From Lysobacter sp. (GTDB lineage: Bacteria > Pseudomonadota > Gammaproteobacteria > Xanthomonadales > Xanthomonadaceae), in assembly GCA_036676625.1 (NCBI GenBank), contig JAKFCN010000045.1, positions 137-64,136 on the forward strand: DNA of 64,000 nucleotides, in the 5' to 3' direction. The position numbers were made by a program, and so were the translations under genes. The notes beneath the pieces were generated by a model. The model searched no databases and was not told the origin of the DNA. It worked only from the letters and a program-made list of their open reading frames with translations. This document shows, one piece after another, positions 22,061 through 32,033 of the stretch (position 1 is its first letter; every line of letters begins with the position of its first letter).

Positions 22061-22966
22061 TCACCAGCTCCCGGAGGCGCCACCGCCTCCACTCATGCCG
22101 CCACCGCCAGACCAGCCACCGCCGCCGCCGAAGCCGCCGCCTCCCCCGAAACCACCGCCCCCAGGACCGCCGCCACCGAACCCGCCCCAACCGCCGTGGC
22201 GCGCGTAGCGCCCGGGCTGGACCTTGGCGAGTCCCAGCAACAGGCCGATGAACGCACCGAGTCCGCCGACCAGCAGTGCCTGCGCGATCAGGAAGGCGAC
22301 GCCGCCGGCCGCCGCCGCGCCCAGCACGCCACGCAGCGGCGAAGGCGCGCGCCCGAAGATCGCGCGCGCCAGCTGCGCCACCACGAACGCGGCGAACAGC
22401 GCGAACAGCCAGTTGCCGCTGCCGCCGCCACCCGACCGGTTGCCGGCGATCGGCGCCGGCAATGCCTCGCCGTCGATCAGCTTCACCAGTGCCGCGGTGG
22501 CATCGAGGAGGCCGCCGCCGTAGTCGCCTTCGCGGAACTTCGGCGCCATGTACTCCTGGATCACGCGCGCCGCGGTGGCATCCGGGATCGCGCCTTCCAG
22601 GCCGTAGCCGGTCTGGATCCGCGCACGGTGGTCGTCCCTGGCGACCACCACCAGCACGGCGTCGTCGACCCCCTCGCGACCCGGTTTCCACTGGTCGAAC
22701 ACGCGCTGCGAATAGGCGGCGATGTCCTCGGGTCCGGTGGTGGGCACCAGCAGCACCTGCAGCTGGCTGCCCTTGCGCTGCTGCAGCGCCAGCGACTGCG
22801 CGACCAGCGCCTCGCGTGCGGCGGAATCGAGGCTGCCGGTGGTGTCGACCACCGGCGAGTCGAGCGCCGGAACGGGCGCCAGCGACTGCGCCTGCAGCGC
22901 GAAGGCGGCCAGCAGCAGCGCCGCGAGCGCGAACCCGCGCGACAGCGGCCGCCGCAGGCAGGTCAT
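22061..22966 (-). CDS. TPM domain (YgcG-like) membrane protein with Gly-rich tail
   Basis: GYGLEGAIPD motif, TM helices, GGGGFGGGG...ASGSW terminus. Confidence 0.9.
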   Translation of the reverse strand: MTCLRRPLSRGFALAALLLAAFALQAQSLAPVPALDSPVVDTTGSLDSAAREALVAQSLALQQRKGSQLQVLLVPTTGPEDIAAYSQRVFDQWKPGREGVDDAVLVVVARDDHRARIQTGYGLEGAIPDATAARVIQEYMAPKFREGDYGGGLLDATAALVKLIDGEALPAPIAGNRSGGGGSGNWLFALFAAFVVAQLARAIFGRAPSPLRGVLGAAAAGGVAFLIAQALLVGGLGAFIGLLLGLAKVQPGRYARHGGWGGFGGGGPGGGGFGGGGGFGGGGGWSGGGGMSGGGGASGSW

Positions 22967-23535
22967 TGCCCGAAGTCGACCGCGGGCGCTTCCTGGATCT
23001 GCCGTTCGTCGTCGACGCTGAAGTTGGGCTTGACCCCGTAGCCGAACAGCTTCGCGGTGAGGTTCACCGGGAAGCGGCGGATGTAGGTATTGAAGTCCTG
23101 CACCGCCTGGATGTAACGCTGGCGCTCCACCGTGATCCGGTTCTCGGTGCCCTCCAGCTGCGCCTGCAGCTGCAGGAAGTTCTGGTCGGCCTTGAGCTGC
23201 GGATAGTTCTCGCTGACGACCAGCAGGCGCCCGATCGCGCTCTGCAGCTCGCCCTGGGCCTGCTGGAACCGCTCGAGCGAGGCGGGGTCGCCGGCATCGA
23301 CGTCGATGCTGCCGACCTTCGAGCGCGCCTCGGTGACCTCGGTGAAGACCCGCTCCTCGTGGCTGGCATAGCCCTTCACCGTCGCCACCAGGTTGGGCAC
23401 CAGGTCGGCGCGGCGCTTGTATACGTTGAGCACCTGCGACCAGGCCGCGGTGACCGCTTCGTCCTTCGACTGGATCTGGTTGTAACCGCAGCCGCTGAGC
23501 AGCGCGGCGAGCACGATCGTCACGAGGATGCGCAT
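22963..23535 (-). CDS. lemA: LemA family lipoprotein
   Basis: LSGC lipobox; RRADLVPNLV, ENYPQLKA and LEGTENRI motifs. Confidence 0.93.
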   Translation of the reverse strand: MRILVTIVLAALLSGCGYNQIQSKDEAVTAAWSQVLNVYKRRADLVPNLVATVKGYASHEERVFTEVTEARSKVGSIDVDAGDPASLERFQQAQGELQSAIGRLLVVSENYPQLKADQNFLQLQAQLEGTENRITVERQRYIQAVQDFNTYIRRFPVNLTAKLFGYGVKPNFSVDDERQIQEAPAVDFGQ

Positions 23536-23620
23536 GTTGGACTCCGCACGGGTGGGGACAAGGGCGTCCCGGGCATTGCAGCATTGGCCGCGTGAAGGCG
23601 CAACGACGGCGTGGCCGGAT

Positions 23621-24361
23621 TCAGCCGTCGCCGACCCGCAGTCGCGCGCGGCGCTTGGCCCACAGGTTCAGGCCTTCCACCATCGCCGAGAAACCCATCG
23701 AACCGTAGATGTAGCCCTTGGGCACGTGGATCTCGAGGCCTTCGACGACGAGGTAGGCGCCGATCAGCACGATGAAGGCCAGGGCCAGCATCTTGATCGT
23801 CGGATTGTTGTCGATGAAGCGGCCCAGCGGTTGCGCCGCCAGCAGCATCACCGCTACCGCGAGCAGGATCGCCGCGACCATGACCGGCACGTACTGGTCG
23901 GCCATTCCGACAGCGGCGATCACCGAGTCCAGCGAGAACACGATGTCGATCACCGCGATCTGTGCGATCACCGCGGCGAACGAGCTGGCCGGCTTGGCAT
24001 GAATGTCCTCCGACTCGGGTTCGCCCGCGACCTGGTCCCGGATTTCCATGATTCCCTTGAACACGAGGAAGATGCCGCCCAGCAGCAGCACCAGGTCGCG
24101 CACCGACAGGCCGCGACCGAACACCGTGAACAGGTCGGTCTTCATGTGCGCCAGGTAGGCAAGCGTCAGCAGCAGCGCCACCCGGGTGACGCAGGCGGCG
24201 GCGATGCCGAAGCGGCGCGCGCGTTCGCGCGTCGACAGCGGCAGCCTGCTGACCGCGATCGAAATGAAGACCAGGTTGTCGATGCCGAGCACGATCTCGA
24301 TCGAACTGAGGGTGACCAGCAGGATCCAGGTCTGCGGGTCGGCAAGCATTGCAAGACTCAT
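23621..24361 (-). CDS. TerC family membrane protein
   Basis: EIVLGIDN and DIVFSLDSV motifs. Confidence 0.92.
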   Translation of the reverse strand: MSLAMLADPQTWILLVTLSSIEIVLGIDNLVFISIAVSRLPLSTRERARRFGIAAACVTRVALLLTLAYLAHMKTDLFTVFGRGLSVRDLVLLLGGIFLVFKGIMEIRDQVAGEPESEDIHAKPASSFAAVIAQIAVIDIVFSLDSVIAAVGMADQYVPVMVAAILLAVAVMLLAAQPLGRFIDNNPTIKMLALAFIVLIGAYLVVEGLEIHVPKGYIYGSMGFSAMVEGLNLWAKRRARLRVGDG

Positions 24362-24401
24362 CGAGCGATCGTTCCAGGCATGGGGGTCGGGAGCAGCAAG
24401 G

Positions 24402-24782
24402 TCAGGAGTAGCGCGGCCCGAGGATCAATCCCCAGGTGAACACCACGTTGAGCATCAACACGAACACGGCGGCGGAGCCCATGTCCTTGGCGCGTCCGGC
24501 GAGCTCGTGGTGCTCGGCGCCGTAGCGCTCGATCACGGCCTCGATCGCCGAATTGAGCAGCTCGACCCCCAGCACCAGCAGGCAGCTGCCGAGGAGCAGC
24601 GCACGTTCGATCCCGTCGGCGCCCAGCCACAGGCCCAGGGGCCCGAGGACCGCCAGCAGGTAGACCTCGAGGCGGAACGAGGATTCGTGCAGCCATGCCG
24701 CGCGCAAGCCCTGCATCGACCACTTGGTCGCAAGCCAGATGCGACCGGGGCGCCGCGGCAAGTGGCCGACTTCATCCGCCAT
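24402..24782 (-). CDS. dgkA: Diacylglycerol kinase
   Basis: ELLNSAIEAV and AKDMGSAAV motifs. Confidence 0.93.
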   Translation of the reverse strand: MADEVGHLPRRPGRIWLATKWSMQGLRAAWLHESSFRLEVYLLAVLGPLGLWLGADGIERALLLGSCLLVLGVELLNSAIEAVIERYGAEHHELAGRAKDMGSAAVFVLMLNVVFTWGLILGPRYS

Positions 24783-24864
24783 TCGAGATCCTGGGAGGTC
24801 CTGGATTCGGCGGTTGGAACCGCCAACCTTGCAATTTTGCCACAAACGCCAGGGCCGGCCGGCG

Positions 24865-24887
24865 GTCGCGGCTTACGCCGCTCCTAC
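24865..24887 (-). repeat. GTAG-family REP-like element overlapping the permease stop codon
   Basis: GTAGGAGCGGCGTAAGCCGCGAC; near-identical to 45..67. Confidence 0.75.
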
Positions 24888-26119
24888 TGTTGGCGGAGGG
24901 CTTCGATGGGGTCGAGCTGGGAGGCCTTGCGCGCGGGGTAGTAGCCGAAGAACAGGCCGGTGCCGATCGAGAAGGCCGCGGCCAGGCCAACGACCTGGCC
25001 GTTGAGCGCCACCGGCAGTTCGCTGAACTTGCCGACCAGCAACGCGCCGACCACGCCGATCGCGATGCCGATCACGCCGCCGATCAGCGAGATCAGCATC
25101 GCCTCGGCCAGGAACTGCCGGCGCACGTCCGACGGACCCGCGCCGACCGCCATGCGCAGGCCGATCTCGCGGATGCGCTCGGTGACCGACACCAGCATGA
25201 TGTTCATGATGCCGATGCCACCGATCACCAGGCAGATCGTCGCCACCGCGCCGAGCAGCTTGGACATCAGGTTGGTGGTCGCGGTGCGCGTCGCAACGAT
25301 CTCGCTGATGTTGCGCACGCTGAAGTCGTCGTCCTCGCCCGGGCGGATCTTGTGGCGCTGGCGCAGCAGGCCCTCGACCTCGGTCTGGGTGTAGGTCAGG
25401 TCGCGTGCATCGGTGACGGTCAGCGCGATCTGCATCACCGCGCTCGGCGGCAGGCCCATCGCCCCGAGCAGGCGCCGGCGCCCGGTCTCCAGCGGCACCA
25501 TCACCACGTCGTCCTGGTCCTGGCCGAAGCCGCCCTGGCCCTTGGGCGCGAGCGTGCCGACCACGGTGAACGGCACCCGACCCAGGCGGATGGTCTGGCC
25601 GATGCCGGTGTCGTCGCCGAACAGGGTGCGCCGCACGCTGTCGCCGATCACCACTTCCTTGGCGGCGCTGCTGTAGTCCTGCGCCTCGAAGCCGTCGCCG
25701 GCGGCGAGCTTCCAGTCGTTGATCGCGAACCAGTCGGGCTGCACGCCCTGCCAGCTGGTGGACGCATTGTTCTCGGCGTACACCACCTGGGTATTGCCGC
25801 GCAGCGCACCGGCGACGTACTGCACTTCGGGAACCTCGTTGCGGATCGCCTCGACGTCGTCCTCGGTAAGCGTGTAGAAGCTGCTCGAACTCATGCGCGC
25901 GCCGCCCGGGCCGCGGCGCGAGCCGGGCGACACGTCGAGCCGCTGCGAGCCCAGGCCGGACACCAGCTTGTCGATCTCCTGCTGGGTGCCCTGCCCCACC
26001 GACACCATCACGATCACCGCCGCGATCCCGATGATCACGCCCAGCGACGTCAACGCGCTGCGCATCCAGTTGCCGCGCAGCGCGAATATCGCGGTGCGGA
26101 GGATGTCGAGGAAGGTCAT
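24884..26119 (-). CDS. MacB/FtsX-family ABC transporter permease
   Basis: LTSLGVIIG, GGIGIMNIMLVSVTER and PARKASQLDPIEALR motifs. Confidence 0.93.
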   Translation of the reverse strand: MTFLDILRTAIFALRGNWMRSALTSLGVIIGIAAVIVMVSVGQGTQQEIDKLVSGLGSQRLDVSPGSRRGPGGARMSSSSFYTLTEDDVEAIRNEVPEVQYVAGALRGNTQVVYAENNASTSWQGVQPDWFAINDWKLAAGDGFEAQDYSSAAKEVVIGDSVRRTLFGDDTGIGQTIRLGRVPFTVVGTLAPKGQGGFGQDQDDVVMVPLETGRRRLLGAMGLPPSAVMQIALTVTDARDLTYTQTEVEGLLRQRHKIRPGEDDDFSVRNISEIVATRTATTNLMSKLLGAVATICLVIGGIGIMNIMLVSVTERIREIGLRMAVGAGPSDVRRQFLAEAMLISLIGGVIGIAIGVVGALLVGKFSELPVALNGQVVGLAAAFSIGTGLFFGYYPARKASQLDPIEALRQQ

Positions 26120-26826
26120 GCCGCGGCTCCCCGTGGATGCAGTTCACCGTCGTGCATGACGAAGGTGCGGTCCGCGTGCGCGGCGACCTCGGCGTCGTGG
26201 GTGATCAGCACGATGGTGTGGTCCTCGTCGCGCAGGCGCTTGAACAGGCCGAGGATCTCCTCGCCGGTCTTCGAGTCCAGCGCCCCGGTCGGCTCGTCGG
26301 CGAGCAGGATCGGCGGCCGGTTGACCAGCGCGCGCGCGATCGCCACCCGCTGCTGCTGGCCGCCGGACATCTCGCTGGGCAGGTGGTTGGCGCGCTCGGC
26401 CAGGCCCACCGCGGCCAGCACCTCGCGCGCCTTGTCCAGGCGCTGCGCATGCGGCACCCGGGCGTAGCCGAGCGGCATCGCCACGTTGTGCAGCGCATCC
26501 ATGCGCGTGAGCAGGTTGAAGCCCTGGAACACGAAGCCGATCTTGTCGCGGCGCAAGGTAGCGAGTTCCTCGGCGTCCAGGGTGGAGACGTCGACGCCGT
26601 CGCACTCGTAGCTGCCGCTGCTGGCGGTGTCGAGGCAGCCGACCAGGTTCATCAGGGTCGACTTGCCGGAACCCGAAGGCCCCATGATCGCGACGAATTC
26701 GCCGCGCACGATGTCCAGGTCGACGCCGCGCAAGGCAATCACCTCGGCCTGGGTGCCTGCCGAATACACCTTGCCCAGGCCACGGGTGCGGATCACCGGC
26801 GGCGTGGCCGCGGCCACGGCGCTCAT
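26116..26826 (-). CDS. ABC transporter ATP-binding protein (MacB/LolD family)
   Basis: GPSGSGKS Walker A, MSGGQQQR signature, LLADEPTG Walker B. Confidence 0.95.
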   Translation of the reverse strand: MSAVAAATPPVIRTRGLGKVYSAGTQAEVIALRGVDLDIVRGEFVAIMGPSGSGKSTLMNLVGCLDTASSGSYECDGVDVSTLDAEELATLRRDKIGFVFQGFNLLTRMDALHNVAMPLGYARVPHAQRLDKAREVLAAVGLAERANHLPSEMSGGQQQRVAIARALVNRPPILLADEPTGALDSKTGEEILGLFKRLRDEDHTIVLITHDAEVAAHADRTFVMHDGELHPRGAAA

Positions 26827-28373
26827 TGCGCCGGCGCCGCCGCGCGCTCGCCGGTCACCAGTTCGTCGCCCGCCTGGATGTCGCCGGAAATCTCGGTGTC
26901 GGTGCCGTCGCTGGCGCCGATCCGCACCATCACCGGCTGCGGCTTGCCGTCGACCAGCTTGTACACCGCAACGCGGGTGGCGCCGACCATGCCCGCCAGT
27001 GCAGCATCCCACTGCTTGCGCTGGGCCTCGGCAAGCGTGGCGCGGAACCCGGCGAAATCCTGCTGGAAACGTTCGAGCATGCGTTGGCGCATCTGCGCCT
27101 GCATGTCGCCGCCACCGCCGCCGCTGCGTACCGCGAAGCGCTGCCCGCCGCCGAACATGCCGTTGCCCTGCTGCCGCGGCGCGGCCTGGCGTGCGGCCTG
27201 GCGCTTGCCGATCGCGTCGATCGCTGCGTCGAGGGCCGCCTGTTGGGCGGCATCCAGGCCGAGGCCGGCGGCCGTGCGCGCGAGGTCGTCGACCACGCCG
27301 GAGCCACCGCCACGCGGTCCTGCGGCGACCTGCGCGGCCGGCTGCGCGTTGCCGTTGTCGGCCGGCTTGTAACGCAGCGCGGCGTTGGCCACCTTGAGCA
27401 CGCCGCTGCGCTTGCTCACCTCGATCTCGGCATTGACCGTCAGGCCCGGCAGCAAGGTGCCGTCGCTGTTGTCGACCGTCACCACGACCGGGTAGGTGAC
27501 GACGTTGCTGGTGGTCGTCGCCGACAGCCGCACCTGCTCCACGGTGCCGCGGAACCGGCGGTTGGGGAAAGCGTCGGCGGTGAACGTCACTGCCTGGCCT
27601 TCGCGCACCTGGCCGATGTCGGACTCGTCGACGGCGAGTTCGATCTTCATCTTCGACAGGTCTTCGGCGATGGTGAACAGCTCAGGCGCCTGCAGGCTCG
27701 CGGCCACCGTCTGCCCGGGCTCGATGGTGCGGGTGAGCACCACGCCGTCGACCGGCGAGCGGATCACGGTGCGGTTGAGGTTGACCCGGGTGGTCTGGGT
27801 GGACGCGGCCTGCTGCCGGATCTGCGCCTGCGCCGAACCCACCTGCGCCCGGGCCTGGTCGCGTGCCGCGCGTGCGAGGTCGATGTCGCTCTTCGCCACC
27901 AGCTGCTGACCGCCCAGCGCGGCCTTGCGCTGGTAGTCGAGCTCGGCGTTGCGCAGCCCGGCCCGGGCCTGGCGCAACTGGGCCTGTGCGCTGGCGACCT
28001 GCGCATTGCCTTGCGCGATCTGCGCCTCGTAGGTGCTGGGATCGATGCGCGCGATGACCTGGCCCTTCGCCACCTTGTCGTTGAAGTCCACCAGCACGTC
28101 GGTCACCTGCCCCGACACCTGGCTGCCCACGGTGACGGTGGAAATCGCGCTCAGGGTACCGGTGGCGGAGATCGCCACCCGGATATCGCCCTGCTCGACG
28201 GTGGTGGTGCGAAAACCGGTATCGCCGGCGGCGGCGCGGTGTTGCCACCACCACAGGGCGGCAATGGCGACCACGCAGGCGGCGGCGATGGTGCCGATGC
28301 GGCGCGGGTTGCGGCGATTGTTCTTCGCGGGCGTGGCGGCTCGGGCCATGGACGGTCGCTTCGACAGGGGCAT
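26823..28373 (-). CDS. Efflux periplasmic adaptor (MacA-like membrane fusion protein)
   Basis: N-terminal TM; VGSQVSG, IRSPVDG and VDESDIG motifs; start may be the downstream Met at 28349. Confidence 0.9.
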   Translation of the reverse strand: MPLSKRPSMARAATPAKNNRRNPRRIGTIAAACVVAIAALWWWQHRAAAGDTGFRTTTVEQGDIRVAISATGTLSAISTVTVGSQVSGQVTDVLVDFNDKVAKGQVIARIDPSTYEAQIAQGNAQVASAQAQLRQARAGLRNAELDYQRKAALGGQQLVAKSDIDLARAARDQARAQVGSAQAQIRQQAASTQTTRVNLNRTVIRSPVDGVVLTRTIEPGQTVAASLQAPELFTIAEDLSKMKIELAVDESDIGQVREGQAVTFTADAFPNRRFRGTVEQVRLSATTTSNVVTYPVVVTVDNSDGTLLPGLTVNAEIEVSKRSGVLKVANAALRYKPADNGNAQPAAQVAAGPRGGGSGVVDDLARTAAGLGLDAAQQAALDAAIDAIGKRQAARQAAPRQQGNGMFGGGQRFAVRSGGGGGDMQAQMRQRMLERFQQDFAGFRATLAEAQRKQWDAALAGMVGATRVAVYKLVDGKPQPVMVRIGASDGTDTEISGDIQAGDELVTGERAAAPAQ

Positions 28374-28415
28374 CAGGACAGGCTAACGCCTGTCCGCAAG
28401 CACGGTTGACACGAC

Positions 28416-29696
28416 TCAGGCGCGTGCTTCGCCGAAACGGATGGTGGCGATGGTTCCACGGCCGGGCTGGCTGTCCAGGCTGATCGGCCAGCCGAACCGC
28501 TCGCCCAGCCGGCGCACGATCGAAAGGCCCATGCCCTTGCCGGAAATCCGGTCGGGATCGCCGCGGTAGAACGGGTCGAAGGCGCGTTGCAGCGCATCGG
28601 CCGACATGCCGATGCCGGTATCGGCCACCACCAGCCGGTCCGGCTCGATGCGCACTTCGATCCGGCCGCGCTCGGTGAAGGTGCAGGCGTTGGCCAGCAG
28701 GTTGCGCAGCATCACCGCCAACACCCGCGGCGAGGCATGCAACATCGGATCGGCCGACCGGACCACGTCCAGCTCGATCGGCTTGTCGCCGAGCAGCGGC
28801 CGCGCATTCTCCACTTCTTCGGCGACCACTTCGCGCACCGCGAAGTCCTCGCGCTGCGGCTCGACGTCGCCCTCGCGCGCCAGGATCAGGAACGACTCGA
28901 TCACCGCTTCCATGTCGCGGCCGGCAAACTGGATCCGGGCCAGCGAGCGTTGCGCGCGCGTCGGCAGGTCCGGGTCGTTCTGCAGCAGGTCGCTGGCCAC
29001 CCGGATCACGGTCAACGGCGTGCGCAGTTCATGGCTGGCATCGCGGGTGAAATCCCGCTCGCGGCGCACGAAGGCACGCATGCGCTCGGCCATGCGTTGC
29101 AGTGCGCCGGCAAGCTGGCGCGCCTCGATGCCGGCGTTGCCGGGCAGGCGGTCGGGGCCGAGCGCGCTGGTATCCGGATCCATCGGGTCCCAGTGCCGCA
29201 CCTCGCGCGCCAGCCAGTCCAGCGGCGCCACCATCCGCCTCGCGTTGCGGTAGGTGAACCAGGCGCTGGCCAGCAGCGCCAGCAGCGCCAGCAGCACCGG
29301 CGCCGCCACCATCTGCAGCGAGCGCACGTCCATCGCGATGCGCGGATAGGTCAGGTACAGGCGCATGTCGCCGCGCTGCTCGACCAGCACCACCTGGTCG
29401 GCAAGCTCGTGCATGCCCGGCGCGAGGGGGCGCAGTGCCTGCGGCAGTGCCGCCGCCGAATCGCCGGCGGCCACCGCATAACCCCGCAACCGCGCCTCGT
29501 CCGGCGGCTGTCGCTGCAGGTCGCCGGCATCGCGCCTGGAGAAGAAGTAGTCGGCTTCCTCCTGCAGCGCATGCCGTGCGATCTCGCGCTTGGCCACTTC
29601 CATCGCCACCCAGGTGCCGGCAAGGATGACCAGGCTGGCCATCGCCACCTGCATCAGGAATGCGAAACGCAGCTTGCGCGGGAGCCCTTGCGGCAT
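28416..29696 (-). CDS. Sensor histidine kinase (ColS-like)
   Basis: Two TM segments; ASHELRTPL H-box; N-box; DTGIG and GMGL G-boxes. Confidence 0.92.
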   Translation of the reverse strand: MPQGLPRKLRFAFLMQVAMASLVILAGTWVAMEVAKREIARHALQEEADYFFSRRDAGDLQRQPPDEARLRGYAVAAGDSAAALPQALRPLAPGMHELADQVVLVEQRGDMRLYLTYPRIAMDVRSLQMVAAPVLLALLALLASAWFTYRNARRMVAPLDWLAREVRHWDPMDPDTSALGPDRLPGNAGIEARQLAGALQRMAERMRAFVRRERDFTRDASHELRTPLTVIRVASDLLQNDPDLPTRAQRSLARIQFAGRDMEAVIESFLILAREGDVEPQREDFAVREVVAEEVENARPLLGDKPIELDVVRSADPMLHASPRVLAVMLRNLLANACTFTERGRIEVRIEPDRLVVADTGIGMSADALQRAFDPFYRGDPDRISGKGMGLSIVRRLGERFGWPISLDSQPGRGTIATIRFGEARA

Positions 29697-29713
29697 GGGC
29701 GGTATCGCCGGCT

Positions 29714-30427
29714 TCAAGCGGGCGGCTGTTCGATGTCGGCGATGCGATAGCCGGCACTCTGCACGGTATGCAGCAACGGCTTGTCGTACGGCTTGTCGAT
29801 CGTCTTGCGCAGATTGTAGAGATGGCTGCGCAGGGTGTCGGAATCCGGCAGGCCGTTGCCCCAGATCTCGCGCTCGATTTCCTGGCGGCTGACCACGCGC
29901 GGCGATTCGCGCATCAGGATCGTCAGCAGCTTCAGCCCGATCGGCGACAGTTGCAGCTCGACGCCGCCGCGGGTGGCGCGCAGCGAAGCCGGGTCGAGCA
30001 CCAGGTCGGCGACCTTGAGCACCTCGGAACCGACCTGGCGGCGCTCGCGGCGGATCAACGCGCGCAGGCGCGCTTCCAGCTCCTGGATCGCGAACGGCTT
30101 GGTCAGGTAGTCGTCGGCGCCGACCGAAAGCCCGGTGAGCTTCTCGTCGAGGGTGTCGCGGGCGGTGAGCATCAGCACCGGGGTGGACTTGCGCGCTTCC
30201 TCGCGCAGCCGCTTGCAGACTTCCACCCCATCCAGGCGCGGCAGCATCAGGTCGAGCACGACCACGTCGTAACTGTTTTCCGAGGCCAGGCGGTAGCCGT
30301 CGAGGCCGTCGGAGGCATAGTCGACCTCGAAACCGCGTCCTTCGAGGTACTCGCCCACCATTTCGGAAATGTTGCGGTTGTCCTCGACGATCAGGACCAG
30401 GCCAGCGGGTTCTTGGGAAGCGCGCAT
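29714..30427 (-). CDS. OmpR-family response regulator (ColR-like)
   Basis: Receiver (VED, LDLMLP, KPF) plus winged helix; PDSDTLRSHLYNLRK resembles ColR. Confidence 0.93.
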   Translation of the reverse strand: MRASQEPAGLVLIVEDNRNISEMVGEYLEGRGFEVDYASDGLDGYRLASENSYDVVVLDLMLPRLDGVEVCKRLREEARKSTPVLMLTARDTLDEKLTGLSVGADDYLTKPFAIQELEARLRALIRRERRQVGSEVLKVADLVLDPASLRATRGGVELQLSPIGLKLLTILMRESPRVVSRQEIEREIWGNGLPDSDTLRSHLYNLRKTIDKPYDKPLLHTVQSAGYRIADIEQPPA

Positions 30428-30534
30428 CGGGAAGGCTCCTTGTCTTCAGCTTTGTGAAAGGCTGCCGGTCCGCAGGTAGAAATCGCGTGAAGGCGCTAGT
30501 CTGCGCCAGTTTCCCGTTCACATCCGGCCGCCCC

Positions 30535-30879
30535 ATGCCCTTCTACGACCGCCTCCTGCCCGTGCTCCTGCTGCTGGGCTCCAACATCTTCATGACCTTC
30601 GCCTGGTACGGCCACCTGCGCTACAAGTCGTCTCCGCTGGTGCTGGCGATCCTGGCCAGCTGGGGCATCGCCTTCTTCGAGTACACCCTGCAGGTGCCGG
30701 CCAACCGGATCGGCAGCGCGGTCTACAGTGCGCCGCAGCTCAAGGGCATGCAGGAGGTGATCACCCTGCTGGTATTCGCCGGATTCTCGGCCTGGTACCT
30801 CGGGGAACCCCTGAAATGGAACCACTGGGCCGGCTTCGCGCTGATCGTGGTCGCGGCCTGGCTGATCTTCATGGATTGA
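30535..30879 (+). CDS. DMT-family small membrane protein (DUF486-like)
   Basis: SNIFMTFAWYGHL, QVPANRIG and QLKxMQEVITL motifs. Confidence 0.88.
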   Translation: MPFYDRLLPVLLLLGSNIFMTFAWYGHLRYKSSPLVLAILASWGIAFFEYTLQVPANRIGSAVYSAPQLKGMQEVITLLVFAGFSAWYLGEPLKWNHWAGFALIVVAAWLIFMD

Positions 30880-30885
30880 GTCGCC

Positions 30886-31188
30886 TCAGATCCGCACGCG
30901 GCCGCGCAGGATGTCCAGGAACATCACCCAGTCGCCGGCGAGGGAATAGAGCGGGTGCCGGAATGTCGCGGGGCGGTTCTTCTCGAAGAAGAAGTGTCCG
31001 GTCCAGGCGAAACCGTAGCCACAAGCCAGCGCGGCCGGCAGCCACCAGGCATTGCGTTGCACGAGCGCGGTCGCCAGCAGCGCCAGGACGCCGCAACTGC
31101 CGATGAAATGCAACCGTCGCGACATGCGGTTGGCGTGCTCGGAGAGATAGAAGGGGTAGAACTCGCGGAAGCTGGTGAATTCCTTCAT
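30886..31188 (-). CDS. DUF962 (Mpo1-like) membrane protein
   Basis: FYPFYLSEH and GHFFFEKNRPATF motifs. Confidence 0.88.
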   Translation of the reverse strand: MKEFTSFREFYPFYLSEHANRMSRRLHFIGSCGVLALLATALVQRNAWWLPAALACGYGFAWTGHFFFEKNRPATFRHPLYSLAGDWVMFLDILRGRVRI

Positions 31189-32033
31189 GTGCGTTCCTGC
31201 GCCTTGGCGCGGTTCCAGTAATTTTCCTGCGCGTCCAGCGGCAGGTCCTGCAGGCGCACGCCGTCGGCGGCGGCCAGGGTTTCCATCGCGCGGAAGCGGC
31301 GCTCGAACTTGGCGTTGGCTCGACGCAGCGCGGTGCCGGGATCGACCTTCGCATGCCGCGCCAGGTTGGCGCAGACGAACAGCAGATCGCCGATCTCGTC
31401 CTCGAGCCGGTCGTGCGCCTGCGCATCGCCGGGATCGGCCGCGACCGCGTCGAATTCGACCCGCGCCTCCTCGATCTCCTCGTGCAGCTTGGCGATCACC
31501 GGTTCCGGCCCGGGCCAGTCGAAGCCCACCGTGGCGGCACGCTTCTGCAGCTTGACCGCACGCTGCCACTCGGGCATGCCACGGGCGATGCCGGCCAGTA
31601 CCGAAGCGTCCCCGTCGCCGGTAGCGTCGCGCTCGCGGCGCTTGTGCGCCTCCCATTCCCGGGTTTGCGCCTCGACCCCATCGACGCTGGTGCCGGCGAA
31701 CACGTGCGGATGCCGGCGCAGCATCTTGTCGCTGATCGCGGCGACCACGTCGGCGAATGCGAATGCGCCCTGCTCCTGCGCCATGCGCGCATGGAACACC
31801 ACCTGCAACAGCAGGTCGCCGAGTTCGTCGCGCAGATCGCCCATGGCGTTGCGGTCGATCGCGTCGGCGACCTCGTAGGCCTCCTCGATCGTGTACGGCG
31901 CGATCGTGGCGAAGGTCTGCTGGACATCCCACGGACAACCGCCGTGCGGATCGCGCAGCCGCGCCATGATCCGCAACAGGCCCGCGATGTCGCCGGAATG
32001 GAAGTCGCCGGAACGGATGTCGTCCATGCTCAT
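31185..32033 (-). CDS. mazG: Nucleoside triphosphate pyrophosphohydrolase
   Basis: GCPWD, EEAYEV, DELGDLL and second-domain EIGDLLF motifs. Confidence 0.95.
   Translation of the reverse strand: MSMDDIRSGDFHSGDIAGLLRIMARLRDPHGGCPWDVQQTFATIAPYTIEEAYEVADAIDRNAMGDLRDELGDLLLQVVFHARMAQEQGAFAFADVVAAISDKMLRRHPHVFAGTSVDGVEAQTREWEAHKRRERDATGDGDASVLAGIARGMPEWQRAVKLQKRAATVGFDWPGPEPVIAKLHEEIEEARVEFDAVAADPGDAQAHDRLEDEIGDLLFVCANLARHAKVDPGTALRRANAKFERRFRAMETLAAADGVRLQDLPLDAQENYWNRAKAQERT

Noticed and set aside
22070-22200. CCG-rich low-complexity repeat
   Set aside because: Encodes the normal Gly-rich tail of TPM/YgcG-family proteins
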